From: Nitrospirota bacterium
Lineage (GTDB): Bacteria > Nitrospirota > Thermodesulfovibrionia > Thermodesulfovibrionales > JdFR-88
Reading direction: 5' to 3'
DNA: 64,000 bases
NCBI GenBank assembly: GCA_021813765.1
Contig: JAKAJM010000003.1
Span: 8,883-72,882 of the forward strand
Shown: positions 55,778 through 64,000 of the stretch, piece after piece
Layout: each line of letters starts with the position of its first letter
How positions within the stretch are numbered: the first letter of the stretch is position 1
Position numbers and translations under genes: made by a program
Notes under the pieces: model-generated
What the model saw: the letters and a program-made list of their open reading frames with translations, nothing else
Database searches by the model: none
Told to the model about the DNA's origin: nothing

Positions 55778-56735
55778 AGCCGCCAAGTTTTTTGAGCTTC
55801 CTGTAGCGTTCCTCCACCAGCTTTCCAGCGGGTTTTTGGCTCAGCTCCTCGAGAGCGGCAAGCACGGTCTCCTGAAGGTTCTTTGCGGCGGCCTCGGGGT
55901 CTCTGTTGGCGCCTCCCAGAGGCTCGGGTATTATTCCGTCTATCACTTTGGCCTTAAGCATGTCCTCCGCGGTTATCTTCAGGGCCTGGGCCGCCTGGGC
56001 GTACTCGTTCACCCCGATCTCGCCACCTTTTTTCCACAGTATGGCCGCACAGCCCTCGGGGGAGATCACCGAATAAACGGAGTGTTCAAGCATGTAGAGC
56101 CTGTCGGCAACGCTTATGGCAAGCGCTCCGCCGCTGCCGCCTTCGCCTATCAACACGGAGACCACCGGCACCTTGAGGGCGGACATCTCCATCAGGTTCA
56201 CCGCTATGGCCTCCGCCTGGCCACGCTCCTCGGCCCCCAGCCCCGGGAAGGCTCCCGGCGTGTCTATGAAGGTAACGACAGGTTTTCTGAACTTTTCGGC
56301 GAGCTTCATCATCCGGAGTGCCTTTCTGTAGCCCTCCGGGTTGGGCTGGCCGAAATTGCGGGATATCCTCTCTTTTACCCCCCTTCCTTTCTGGTGCCCT
56401 AGGACCATTACCGGAAAGCGGCCCAGCCGCGCGAACCCTCCCACAACTGCGGGGTCGTCCCCGAAATGCCTGTCGCCATGCAGCTCCACGAAGTCGGCGG
56501 TTATCATGTTTATGTAATCAAGCGTATAGGGGCGCTCCGGATGCCTTGCAAGCAGGGTCTTCTGCCACGCCGTAAGATTGCAGAAGATATCGGAGTGCAG
56601 CTCCCTTGCCTTTTTTTCCAGATTCTTTATCTCTGTGTTTATCTTAAGGTTGTTGCCGTCCGAGAGCCTTTTCAGCTCCTCTATCTTGCACTCAAGCTCC
56701 TGGAGCGGTTTTTCAAATTCCAGGTAATATCTCAT
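55752..56735 (-). CDS. accA: Acetyl-CoA carboxylase carboxyltransferase subunit alpha
   Basis: 327 aa. It carries 'FEKPL.ELE.KI.EL', '[12 protein letters not shown]', '[17 protein letters not shown]' and '[10 protein letters not shown]'. Confidence 0.96.
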   Translation of the reverse strand: MRYYLEFEKPLQELECKIEELKRLSDGNNLKINTEIKNLEKKARELHSDIFCNLTAWQKTLLARHPERPYTLDYINMITADFVELHGDRHFGDDPAVVGGFARLGRFPVMVLGHQKGRGVKERISRNFGQPNPEGYRKALRMMKLAEKFRKPVVTFIDTPGAFPGLGAEERGQAEAIAVNLMEMSALKVPVVSVLIGEGGSGGALAISVADRLYMLEHSVYSVISPEGCAAILWKKGGEIGVNEYAQAAQALKITAEDMLKAKVIDGIIPEPLGGANRDPEAAAKNLQETVLAALEELSQKPAGKLVEERYRKLKKLGGFTGAARPA

Positions 56736-56738
56736 CTG

Positions 56739-59700
56739 TCAAAAAAACCTAGCCTTTCCCTCTCCGCCGTGTATCTGCCTGAGGCCGTTCAAAAAAATAT
56801 CGTCGGGGGAGATTTTATAAGAAGTCTCGATAAAAATGTTCAGGCCGCCTTCAAGCACCTTCAGGTGCAGGGGGACCGCCCCGGGGTGCGCATCCACAAG
56901 AGCCTTGATAATCTTCAGGTCGTCCATCTCCTGAAGGGTTATCTCCAGCCGTCTGTCCCCCCTTGAGGAAAGCCCGGATGCTGCGTCGTCCAGGTGCATT
57001 ATATGCCTTGCCAGCACCTTGACGCCCTTGTCCGTGACGTCCAGGTTCCCGCGCGCCAAAACAGGGGTGTCTTTCAATAGAAGGCTGCCGTTTTCCTGGT
57101 ACAGGTCGGGGAATACCACCACCTCCAGGGTGCCTTCGCCGTCATCCAGCGTTAGCGCCGCCATAAGGCCCTTGCTCTTTGTCTTCAGCTTCCTGACAGC
57201 GGCGATAATTCCCGCCACCGCAACCTCAGACTTGTCAGGCAGGGAAGAGAGCCTGGAAGCGGGGACGACCTCTCTCATGAGCGGCCCCTTGAGATATGCT
57301 TTCAGGGGATGGCCTGAAATGTAGAACCCGAGGGCCTCTTTTTCATAAGCCAGGAGCTCCTTTTCGCTCCATTCCGGCGTGTCCTTTTGGGCGGGGCCCG
57401 CATCCTGTGCCATCATGTCCCCAAAACCCATGTCCCCGAAAATGGACTGCTGTTTGGAGGGGCCTCTGCGGTCTTTCGAGTCGAGCTTTTCCATGCATCC
57501 GCGCCTCGTGAGGCCCAGGGAGTCAAATGCCCCGGCCTTCACAAGCGCCTCCATGACCTTGCGGTTGACCTTCTTTTCCCTCATCCTGTCAAGGAAATTC
57601 TCAAAGGAGCTGAAAGGACCGCCACCGGCCCGCTCCTGCAGTATCTCATCAATGGCCTGCTGGCCCGCGCCCTTGAGCGCCACCATTCCGAACCTTATGG
57701 AGCCCCCGACGACCTTGAACTCTGCGTCCGAGACGTTTATGTCCGGGGGCAGCACCTCGATGGACATGCTCTGGCATTCCTGCAGGAAGTGCATTATCTT
57801 GTCGGTGTTGTCCAGGTCGGCGCTCATCGTGGCGGCCATGAACTCCACCGGATAGTGCGCCTTCAGATATGCCGTCTGGTAGGCGATATATGCATAGGCA
57901 GCCGAGTGGGACTTGTTGAACCCGTATTCCGCGAACTTGGCCATCAGGTCAAACAGCCTGCGCGCCTTGGTCTCCGGTATCCCGTTAGAGACCATGCCCT
58001 TGACGAAGGCGTCCTTCTGCTTTTCCATTTCCTCGGGCTTTTTCTTGCCCATGGCTTTCCGGAGTATGTCAGCCTGCCCCAGGCTGAAGCCCGCGAGCTT
58101 GTGGGCTATCTGCATGACCTGCTCCTGGTAGAGGATCACGCCATAGGTCTCATCGAGTATTTCCTTGAGCTGCGGGAGCTCGTATTTTACCGGCACAAGC
58201 CCCTTTTTCCTCTTGAGGAAATCGTCTATCATGCCGCTGCCGATGGGCCCCGGCCTGTAAAGGGCGACCAGGGCGATAAGGTCCTCGAAGCGCTCCGGGC
58301 CCATTTTTATCAGAATATCACGCATGCCCGCGCTTTCAAGCTGGAACACGCCGGTGGTCTGCCCGGAGCCAAGCAACTCGTAAGTCTTCTTGTCGTCCAC
58401 CGGAACCAGGGAGGGCCTGAAGTCCGAACCACCCTCATTTATGAACCGCGTGGCCTTGTCTATGATGGTAAGGGTCTTGAGACCCAGGAGATCAAACTTC
58501 ACGAGTCCCATCTCGTCTATGGAGCTCATGTCGAACTGGGTGGTGATGGAGCCGTCCGTGGGGTTTTTATAAAGCGGTACAAGCGAGGACAGGGGCGAGG
58601 GAGATATGACTATGCCCGCGGCATGGGTTGAGGCATGCCTTGAGAGCCCCTCCAGCCTCTGCGCGATGTCAATGAGTTCCTTTACGGTCTTGTCCTCCCT
58701 GTAGAGCGCGCCCAGGGCGGGCTCTACAAGGAGGGCCTCTTTTATGGAAACGTTTGGCCCCTCGGGCACCAGCTTCGCAATCCGGTCCACCTCCTGGTAC
58801 TGTATGTCCAGGGCCCGCCCCACATCCCTTATGGCCGCCTTTGCCCCAAGCGTTCCAAACGTTATGATCTGGGCCACGTGTCCGCGCCCGTACCTCCCGG
58901 AGACGTAATTGATTATCTCCTGCCTCCGGTCGCGGCAGAAATCTGTATCCACGTCGGGCATGCTTATGCGCTCAGGGTTGAGGAACCGCTCAAAGAGGAG
59001 GCCATAGCGCATAGGGTCTATCTCCGTGATGCCAAGGACGTAGGAGACGATGCTGCCTGCCGCCGAGCCCCTTCCGGGCCCCACCGGGATGCCCTGCTTC
59101 CTTGCGTAGTTCACAAAGTCCCAGACTATCAGGAAATAGGACTCGTATCCCATTTTCTTTATGACCGAAAGCTCATGGGCCAGCCTGTTTTGATGCTCCT
59201 GCGGCGGATTTTCCCCGTACTTCTCCTTCATGCCCCGCCTTACCAGGCGCTCAAGAAATTCACCGGGCGGGGTGCCGTCCTCGGTCTTGAAAAGCGGAAG
59301 GAGATTTTTGCCAAGCTGAAATTGCACATTGCAGCGCTCGGCTATATCCACGGTGTTTACGAGGGCCTCGGGCAGCTCGCTGAAGGCGGCCTGCATCTCC
59401 TCCGGGCTTTTGAAGTAAAGCCCGTCCCCCATGAACCTCATCCTGGTCGGGTCGTTCACGGTCTTCCCGGTCCCGACGCAAAGGAGGATGTCGTGCGCCC
59501 TCCTGTCTTCCTTTCTAAGGTAATGGCAGTCGTTGGTCGCCGCCACTTTTATGTCCATTGCGCGGGCAAGCTCAAGGAGGGTCTTGTTTAGCTCCAGCTG
59601 CTCAGGCATCCCGTTTTCCTGGAGCTCGATGAAATAGTTCTCCGGGCCGAGCACCTCCCTGTAATAGGAGGCCGTCTCGCGGGCCTTGTCTGCCATGCCA

Positions 59701-60149
59701 TGGGAAAGGTAGTAGGGCACCTCGCCCTTCATGCAGGCGCTTAGAACGATCAGTCCCTCGCTGTGGGCCTCGAATATCTCCCTGTCTATCCTAGGCCTGT
59801 AATAAAACCCCTCCGTATATGCGCTGGAGACAAGCTCCACGAGGTTTGAGTAACCCCTGTTGTCCTCGGCCAGCGCTATCAGGTGGAAGGGCCCGTCCTC
59901 CTTCTGCCTTGAGTGCCTGCTTGAGGGGGCCACGTACAGCTCGCAGCCCATGATGGGCTTGATCCCCGTTTTGGTCATTTTTTTATAAAACTCAACCGCC
60001 CCGAAGAGGTTCCCGTGGTCGGTTATGGCCACGGCGGGAAGCCCCCAGCCCTGCGCGGTATCGGCAAGCTCAGCTATTTTGATGGCGCCGTCCAGGAGGC
60101 TGTACTCGGAATGGAGGTGAAGCGGGACGTAACCGGCCTGTTTTTTCAT
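56739..60149 (-). CDS. dnaE: DNA polymerase III alpha subunit
   Basis: 1136 aa. It has an N-terminal PHP domain ('VPLHLHSEYSLLDG'), the palm motif 'MPDVDTDF', the fingers motif 'GLLKFDLLGL' and a C-terminal OB fold. Confidence 0.98.
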   Translation of the reverse strand: MKKQAGYVPLHLHSEYSLLDGAIKIAELADTAQGWGLPAVAITDHGNLFGAVEFYKKMTKTGIKPIMGCELYVAPSSRHSRQKEDGPFHLIALAEDNRGYSNLVELVSSAYTEGFYYRPRIDREIFEAHSEGLIVLSACMKGEVPYYLSHGMADKARETASYYREVLGPENYFIELQENGMPEQLELNKTLLELARAMDIKVAATNDCHYLRKEDRRAHDILLCVGTGKTVNDPTRMRFMGDGLYFKSPEEMQAAFSELPEALVNTVDIAERCNVQFQLGKNLLPLFKTEDGTPPGEFLERLVRRGMKEKYGENPPQEHQNRLAHELSVIKKMGYESYFLIVWDFVNYARKQGIPVGPGRGSAAGSIVSYVLGITEIDPMRYGLLFERFLNPERISMPDVDTDFCRDRRQEIINYVSGRYGRGHVAQIITFGTLGAKAAIRDVGRALDIQYQEVDRIAKLVPEGPNVSIKEALLVEPALGALYREDKTVKELIDIAQRLEGLSRHASTHAAGIVISPSPLSSLVPLYKNPTDGSITTQFDMSSIDEMGLVKFDLLGLKTLTIIDKATRFINEGGSDFRPSLVPVDDKKTYELLGSGQTTGVFQLESAGMRDILIKMGPERFEDLIALVALYRPGPIGSGMIDDFLKRKKGLVPVKYELPQLKEILDETYGVILYQEQVMQIAHKLAGFSLGQADILRKAMGKKKPEEMEKQKDAFVKGMVSNGIPETKARRLFDLMAKFAEYGFNKSHSAAYAYIAYQTAYLKAHYPVEFMAATMSADLDNTDKIMHFLQECQSMSIEVLPPDINVSDAEFKVVGGSIRFGMVALKGAGQQAIDEILQERAGGGPFSSFENFLDRMREKKVNRKVMEALVKAGAFDSLGLTRRGCMEKLDSKDRRGPSKQQSIFGDMGFGDMMAQDAGPAQKDTPEWSEKELLAYEKEALGFYISGHPLKAYLKGPLMREVVPASRLSSLPDKSEVAVAGIIAAVRKLKTKSKGLMAALTLDDGEGTLEVVVFPDLYQENGSLLLKDTPVLARGNLDVTDKGVKVLARHIMHLDDAASGLSSRGDRRLEITLQEMDDLKIIKALVDAHPGAVPLHLKVLEGGLNIFIETSYKISPDDIFLNGLRQIHGGEGKARFF

Positions 60150-60247
60150 TTAAGAAATATTAACCGCTTGAAATAACCTTAGTCAAACGGTTTGAATTAT
60201 CATAAATCAGAAGGTAAATAATTTTTTCCGGAAGGGGAAAAGGTTTT

Positions 60248-61177
60248 TTGAACAAGGCTGTAATACTGTTTGGCCCAACGTCTTCAGGCAAGACGGAGGC
60301 CTCCATTCTTCTTGCCCGCGAGCTTGGCACGGAGATCATAAGCGCCGATTCCATGCAGCTCTACAGGCTCATGGACATAGGCACCGGAAAGCCGGCGCCT
60401 TCCCAGCTCGCGGAAGTCCGCCACCACCTGATAGATGTAATCTGGCCGGACGAGACGTGGAGCGCAGGGCGGTTTGCGGATGAGGCCTCCCGGACCATGG
60501 AACGCCTGAGCGGGGAGGGCAGGATACCTGTCATCGTGGGGGGCACGGGGCTTTACATAAAAGCGCTCACCCGAGGCCTCATGGAAGCCCCGCAGGCTGA
60601 CGAGGCCCTCAGGGCGGAGCTCTTGAAGAAGGAAGAGGACCTTTACGGTCTTCTCGAGGAAATGGACCCCGAAACGGCCCGCATCCTCGCCCCGGCGGAC
60701 ACCAGGCGCATACTCAGGGCCCTTGAGGTGCAGATAAAGACGAAGCGGGCCGCTTCGGAGCTGAAAAGGGACCTTACCATGCCGCTTCCCTATGATTTCA
60801 TAAAGGTGGGGCTCACTAGGGACAGGGCGGAGCTCTACACCCTCATAGAGGACAGGGTGGACCGGATGCTCATGGACGGGCTTGTGCAGGAGGTCAGGGA
60901 GGTCCTTGGCCGGCGTAAGCCGCCATCCAAAACTGCCATGCAGGCGATAGGTTACAAGGAAGTAGAAGGGTTCCTTATGGGGCAATATCCTTATGAGGAG
61001 GCGGTTAGGCTAATAAAAAGGAATACCAGGAGGTATGCAAAGAGGCAGTTTACCTGGTTTAAAAAGGAGGAAGGCGCTGTCTGGGTGGACGTCTCCGGCC
61101 TCAAAGGGGCGGACGAGATATACGGCAGGCTGAAGGAGGCGCTGATGAAGGCACGGCCGGACATCTACCGGCCATGA
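60248..61177 (+). CDS. miaA: tRNA dimethylallyltransferase
   Basis: 309 aa with a TTG start. It has the P-loop 'GPTSSGKT', 'ISADSMQLYR.MDIGT.KP' and 'RRYAKRQ.TWF'. Confidence 0.95.
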   Translation: MNKAVILFGPTSSGKTEASILLARELGTEIISADSMQLYRLMDIGTGKPAPSQLAEVRHHLIDVIWPDETWSAGRFADEASRTMERLSGEGRIPVIVGGTGLYIKALTRGLMEAPQADEALRAELLKKEEDLYGLLEEMDPETARILAPADTRRILRALEVQIKTKRAASELKRDLTMPLPYDFIKVGLTRDRAELYTLIEDRVDRMLMDGLVQEVREVLGRRKPPSKTAMQAIGYKEVEGFLMGQYPYEEAVRLIKRNTRRYAKRQFTWFKKEEGAVWVDVSGLKGADEIYGRLKEALMKARPDIYRP

Positions 61178-61298
61178 CCCCCTCCCGGTATGCGCATAAG
61201 TGTTCTGTTTTTATGACGGGTTTTGGGATATACTTATTTAATTGGATTTTTTGATTTCGCGGGGCCTTTATCGAACGTGGAAAGAGGGGCCTTTTGAC

Positions 61299-61604
61299 AT
61301 GATCGAAAAACTCAGGGAGAACTTCGGCAAGGGAGTCGAAAAACTCAAATGGTTCGCCCAACTGCTGGACGAGCGCCTGAAAGTTGAAATTGCCTATTTC
61401 AAATTCGCAAGCAAGGTGGAAAAGCTCAAGAGGGAAAAAGAGGAGCTGGCAAGGGCGGTAGGAGAAAAGGTTTTTGAGGAGAGGCAGCAGCTTTCCCTTA
61501 TGGCAAGGGACGAGGACCTAAAGGGAATGCTTAAGGAGATGGAGCTTGTAAATGAAGAGCTCAGCGCGCTTATTGAGCAGACATCAAAGATCGGCAGACA
61601 ATAG
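61299..61604 (+). CDS. Small coiled-coil protein (101 aa), hypothetical
   Basis: ATG 61299 has a GAAAGAGGGG SD. The protein is charged and helical ('KVEKLKREKEELARAVGEKVFEE'). It ends 18 nt before pilD. Confidence 0.5.
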   Translation: MIEKLRENFGKGVEKLKWFAQLLDERLKVEIAYFKFASKVEKLKREKEELARAVGEKVFEERQQLSLMARDEDLKGMLKEMELVNEELSALIEQTSKIGRQ

Positions 61605-61622
61605 CGGGGAGGCTTTTTTCTT

Positions 61623-62432
61623 TTGTTTCTGTCCTTGAGGCCCTTGCTTGAAGGGGCCCCTCTTTATGTGCTCTCCGTCCTGTTTGGCCTCATCGTGGGC
61701 TCTTTCGCAAACGTTTGCATCCACAGGCTCCCAAAAAACGAATCGGTCGTATCGCCTGCCTCTCACTGCCCCTCCTGCGGCAGGCCCATACGGTTTTGGG
61801 ACAACATACCGTTAATAAGCTATCTGGTCCTGCGGGGCAGATGCCGGGCGTGCGGTGTGCCCATTTCGCCCAGGTATCCGGCCGTTGAAGCCCTTAACGG
61901 TTTTCTGTACCTCCTTGCGGCCCTGAGGTTTGGCGGCACGCCCGCCACATTCTTCTACTTCATCTTCATAACCGCGATGGTCGTGATAACCTTCATAGAT
62001 TACGACTTTCAGATCATCCCTGATGAGATAACCCTTCCGGGCATCCCCATAGGGCTTCTGGCAGGCTGGCTCATCCTGCCGGACCCGTTTTACAGGCTTG
62101 CTGGCCTCGGGCTGACGGGTTCCCTTATCGGGGCTGCCACGGGTTTCCTCCTCTATTACTCGATAGCTTTTTTAAGCCGCGGCGGGATGGGCGGAGGGGA
62201 CATAAAGATGATGGCCATGGTCGGCGCCGTGCTGGGCTGGAAAGGCGTTCTGCTCACCACCTTTCTGGCAAGCCTGACGGGCTCCGCCGCCGGGCTTTAC
62301 CTAGTGGTCTTCAAAGGCAAGGGAAGGAAATCCAGGGTCCCGTTCGGCCCGTTTCTTGCCGCCGGGGCCGTCGTAAGCCTGCTTACGGGCCAGGATGTGA
62401 TTTTCTGGTACATCCGCCACGGGCTGCACTGA
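61623..62432 (+). CDS. pilD: Prepilin peptidase / N-methyltransferase (A24 family)
   Basis: 269 aa with a TTG start. It has the N-terminal Zn-cluster region 'CPSCGRPI...RGRCRACG' and the catalytic Asp motifs 'FIDYDF.IIPD' and 'GGGDIKMM'. Confidence 0.93.
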   Translation: MFLSLRPLLEGAPLYVLSVLFGLIVGSFANVCIHRLPKNESVVSPASHCPSCGRPIRFWDNIPLISYLVLRGRCRACGVPISPRYPAVEALNGFLYLLAALRFGGTPATFFYFIFITAMVVITFIDYDFQIIPDEITLPGIPIGLLAGWLILPDPFYRLAGLGLTGSLIGAATGFLLYYSIAFLSRGGMGGGDIKMMAMVGAVLGWKGVLLTTFLASLTGSAAGLYLVVFKGKGRKSRVPFGPFLAAGAVVSLLTGQDVIFWYIRHGLH

Positions 62433-62453
62433 ATGAAAATGGGATGAAGTGAA

Positions 62454-63797
62454 ATGCAAAAAAATCCTTTTTTGTCCCTTGTTTCATTTCCGCTTTTTCT
62501 CCTTCCGCTGGTCCTGGCGGCCTCTGTTGTCCTGACCTACTTGCTTGCCAGGAAATTTTTTCTGGCAAGCGGCAAAAAAAGGCAGGACACCAACGGGAAA
62601 TCTGAAGTGGGGTTCGTGGTGGATACCTTCCAGGACCTTGTTTTGAAGCTGAAGGAAAAGGAAAGAGAGCTTCAGGAGCTGCGTGCGAAAGCGGAAAAAA
62701 GGGCGGACATCTCCGAGAACCTGGGCAAAAACATCCTTGAGAGCGTGCCAAGCGGTGTCATAAGTTTTAACGACGCGCTTGAGATAACCATGGTAAACTC
62801 CGCCGCGGAAAGGATAATGGGCTTTAGAAGGGAGCAGGCTATAGGCAGGAAGCACAATGAGGTGCTTAAGGGGGAGATATCAGGACTGATCGAAAAAAAC
62901 GAAACGGTAAACAGGCAGGAACTTGCCTTTTATTCAGGCATGCAGGGCGGGGCAAAGGGCCGAAGGCTCTGGGTGGGTTTTTCTGTTACGCCGCTTTTTG
63001 ATACTGCCGGCGCCAGAATCGGGCTGATACTGGTATTTACCGACCTCACGGAGCTTAAGACGCTGGAGCGGCAGGCCGAGCTCCGCCGCAGGCTTTCGAG
63101 CCTGGGCGAGATGGCCGCTGGCCTTGCGCATGAGCTTAGAAACCCCATGGCGGTAATTTCCGGCTATTCGAAGATGCTTTTAAAGGCCCCTTCGCCAGCC
63201 GGGGAAACAGCGCCTGCGCGGGAGACGGAAAGAGCGGAAGCCTCCGGGATGCAGCGCCAGGCCGCCCAGGCGATCGAAAAGGAGGTCGCCGCGATGAACG
63301 CCATAATCAACGGGTTCCTTTCCTTTGCCAATCCCGGTACCCCCGCCTTTGAGACCGTGGACAGGCTGAGGCTCTCAACTGTTTTAAAGACATGCCTTGA
63401 TGCCACGCTGGCCGGAGTTTTTCCAGCCGTAAGCGCCTCCCTTTCGGTCTGCCAGGAGGATTTCGCCATAAAGGCAGACGAGATACTGCTCAAGCAGGCG
63501 TTCATGAACCTTATCCAGAACGCGGTGCAGGCGATGGCGCCCGTGGGCGGCAGGCTGGACCTGGAGGTGCGAAAAAAAGAAAATGAGGTCCTCATTTCGG
63601 TGTCAGATACAGGTCCCGGCATACCGGAGCAGATAAGGCAGAAGGTGTTTTTGCCGTTCTATACGAACAAGGAGGGGGGCACGGGCCTTGGCCTTGCCAT
63701 TGTGCACAGCATCATTCAGAGCCATTTCGGGAGCATCGGGATCGAGAGCGCGGACAGCGGCACAACGTTTCTTATAAAGCTGCCATCGGGCGAATGA
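62454..63797 (+). CDS. Sensor histidine kinase (TM - PAS - HisKA - HATPase_c; PilS/NtrB-like)
   Basis: 447 aa. It has H-box 'LAHELRNPM', N-box 'MNLIQNAVQA' and G-boxes 'VSDTGPGI' and 'GTGLGLAIV'. Confidence 0.9.
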   Translation: MQKNPFLSLVSFPLFLLPLVLAASVVLTYLLARKFFLASGKKRQDTNGKSEVGFVVDTFQDLVLKLKEKERELQELRAKAEKRADISENLGKNILESVPSGVISFNDALEITMVNSAAERIMGFRREQAIGRKHNEVLKGEISGLIEKNETVNRQELAFYSGMQGGAKGRRLWVGFSVTPLFDTAGARIGLILVFTDLTELKTLERQAELRRRLSSLGEMAAGLAHELRNPMAVISGYSKMLLKAPSPAGETAPARETERAEASGMQRQAAQAIEKEVAAMNAIINGFLSFANPGTPAFETVDRLRLSTVLKTCLDATLAGVFPAVSASLSVCQEDFAIKADEILLKQAFMNLIQNAVQAMAPVGGRLDLEVRKKENEVLISVSDTGPGIPEQIRQKVFLPFYTNKEGGTGLGLAIVHSIIQSHFGSIGIESADSGTTFLIKLPSGE

Positions 63798-63810
63798 AAA
63801 ACGCTCTTTT

Positions 63811-64000
63811 TTATGCTCTTAGCAGGGAGATGACCCAGAGCGCAGTAAAGGCAAGGAAACATATCGCCCCGTAAAGGGCGGGTTTCCCCTTTGCCTTCCC
63901 GGTCTTGCCGAACCCCAGGAAAGCGGTGGCAAGGGCCGCTCCCACCCATCCGAGGAAGCCTATCTCCGCAAGCAGGGACCAGAAAACGGACGGAGCCCTG
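63811..64000 (-). CDS. C-terminal fragment of a membrane protein (5' end outside window)
   Basis: The minus-strand frame is open from the window edge to TAA at 63813-63811. It reads ...FWSLLAEIGFLGWVGAALATAFLGF...LYGAICFLAFTALWVISLLRA, which is two hydrophobic helices. Confidence 0.4.
   Translation of the reverse strand, partial: RAPSVFWSLLAEIGFLGWVGAALATAFLGFGKTGKAKGKPALYGAICFLAFTALWVISLLRA

Noticed and set aside
57387-58631. 414-aa plus-strand ORF (also 58878-59591)
   Set aside because: It is antisense to dnaE and is a shadow ORF.

Overview
This is a 64-kb stretch of a diderm (Gram-negative-type) bacterial chromosome. By eye it has moderately high GC and heavy use of AGG/AGA (Arg) and ATA (Ile) codons. 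It is densely packed, with about 65 protein genes. I can see no rRNA or tRNA genes, no CRISPR array, and no transposase, integrase or phage genes. The content is mostly housekeeping. It includes a split F1Fo ATP synthase: atpB-atpE on the minus strand at 6.5-7.6 kb, and atpF'-F-H-A-G-D-C on the plus strand at 11.2-17.0 kb. It also includes rel/spoT, bioF, the pilMNOPQ type IV pilus operon, bamD, a siroheme-synthase N-domain protein, ROK glucokinase, lepA-lepB, ribE-ribBA, ychF, rimP-nusA, cspA, nadA, accA-dnaE, miaA and pilD. Two methyl-accepting chemotaxis proteins and two sensor histidine kinases are present. I do not find a convincing self-contained novel system such as a defence island, mobile element or RNA-guided system. 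The loci most worth a second look are these: (i) a bacterial copy of the archaeal-type nitrogen repressor NrpR, apparently leaderless, next to a core-MetE-like Zn-methyltransferase; (ii) an ATP synthase c subunit with a signal-peptide-like extension and a two-carboxylate ion site; (iii) a small-protein cluster (TM peptide, zinc ribbon, SLT, exported ankyrin protein, Cys-rich exported protein) flanking the pil operon, with an unexplained 280-bp non-coding stretch; (iv) an orphan wHTH plus PD-(D/E)xK-like protein; (v) a translationally coupled P-loop kinase-MarC-DeoB operon; and (vi) an orphan LysR regulator facing about 620 bp with no credible ORF. All family calls come from motif recognition by eye; no database search was run.
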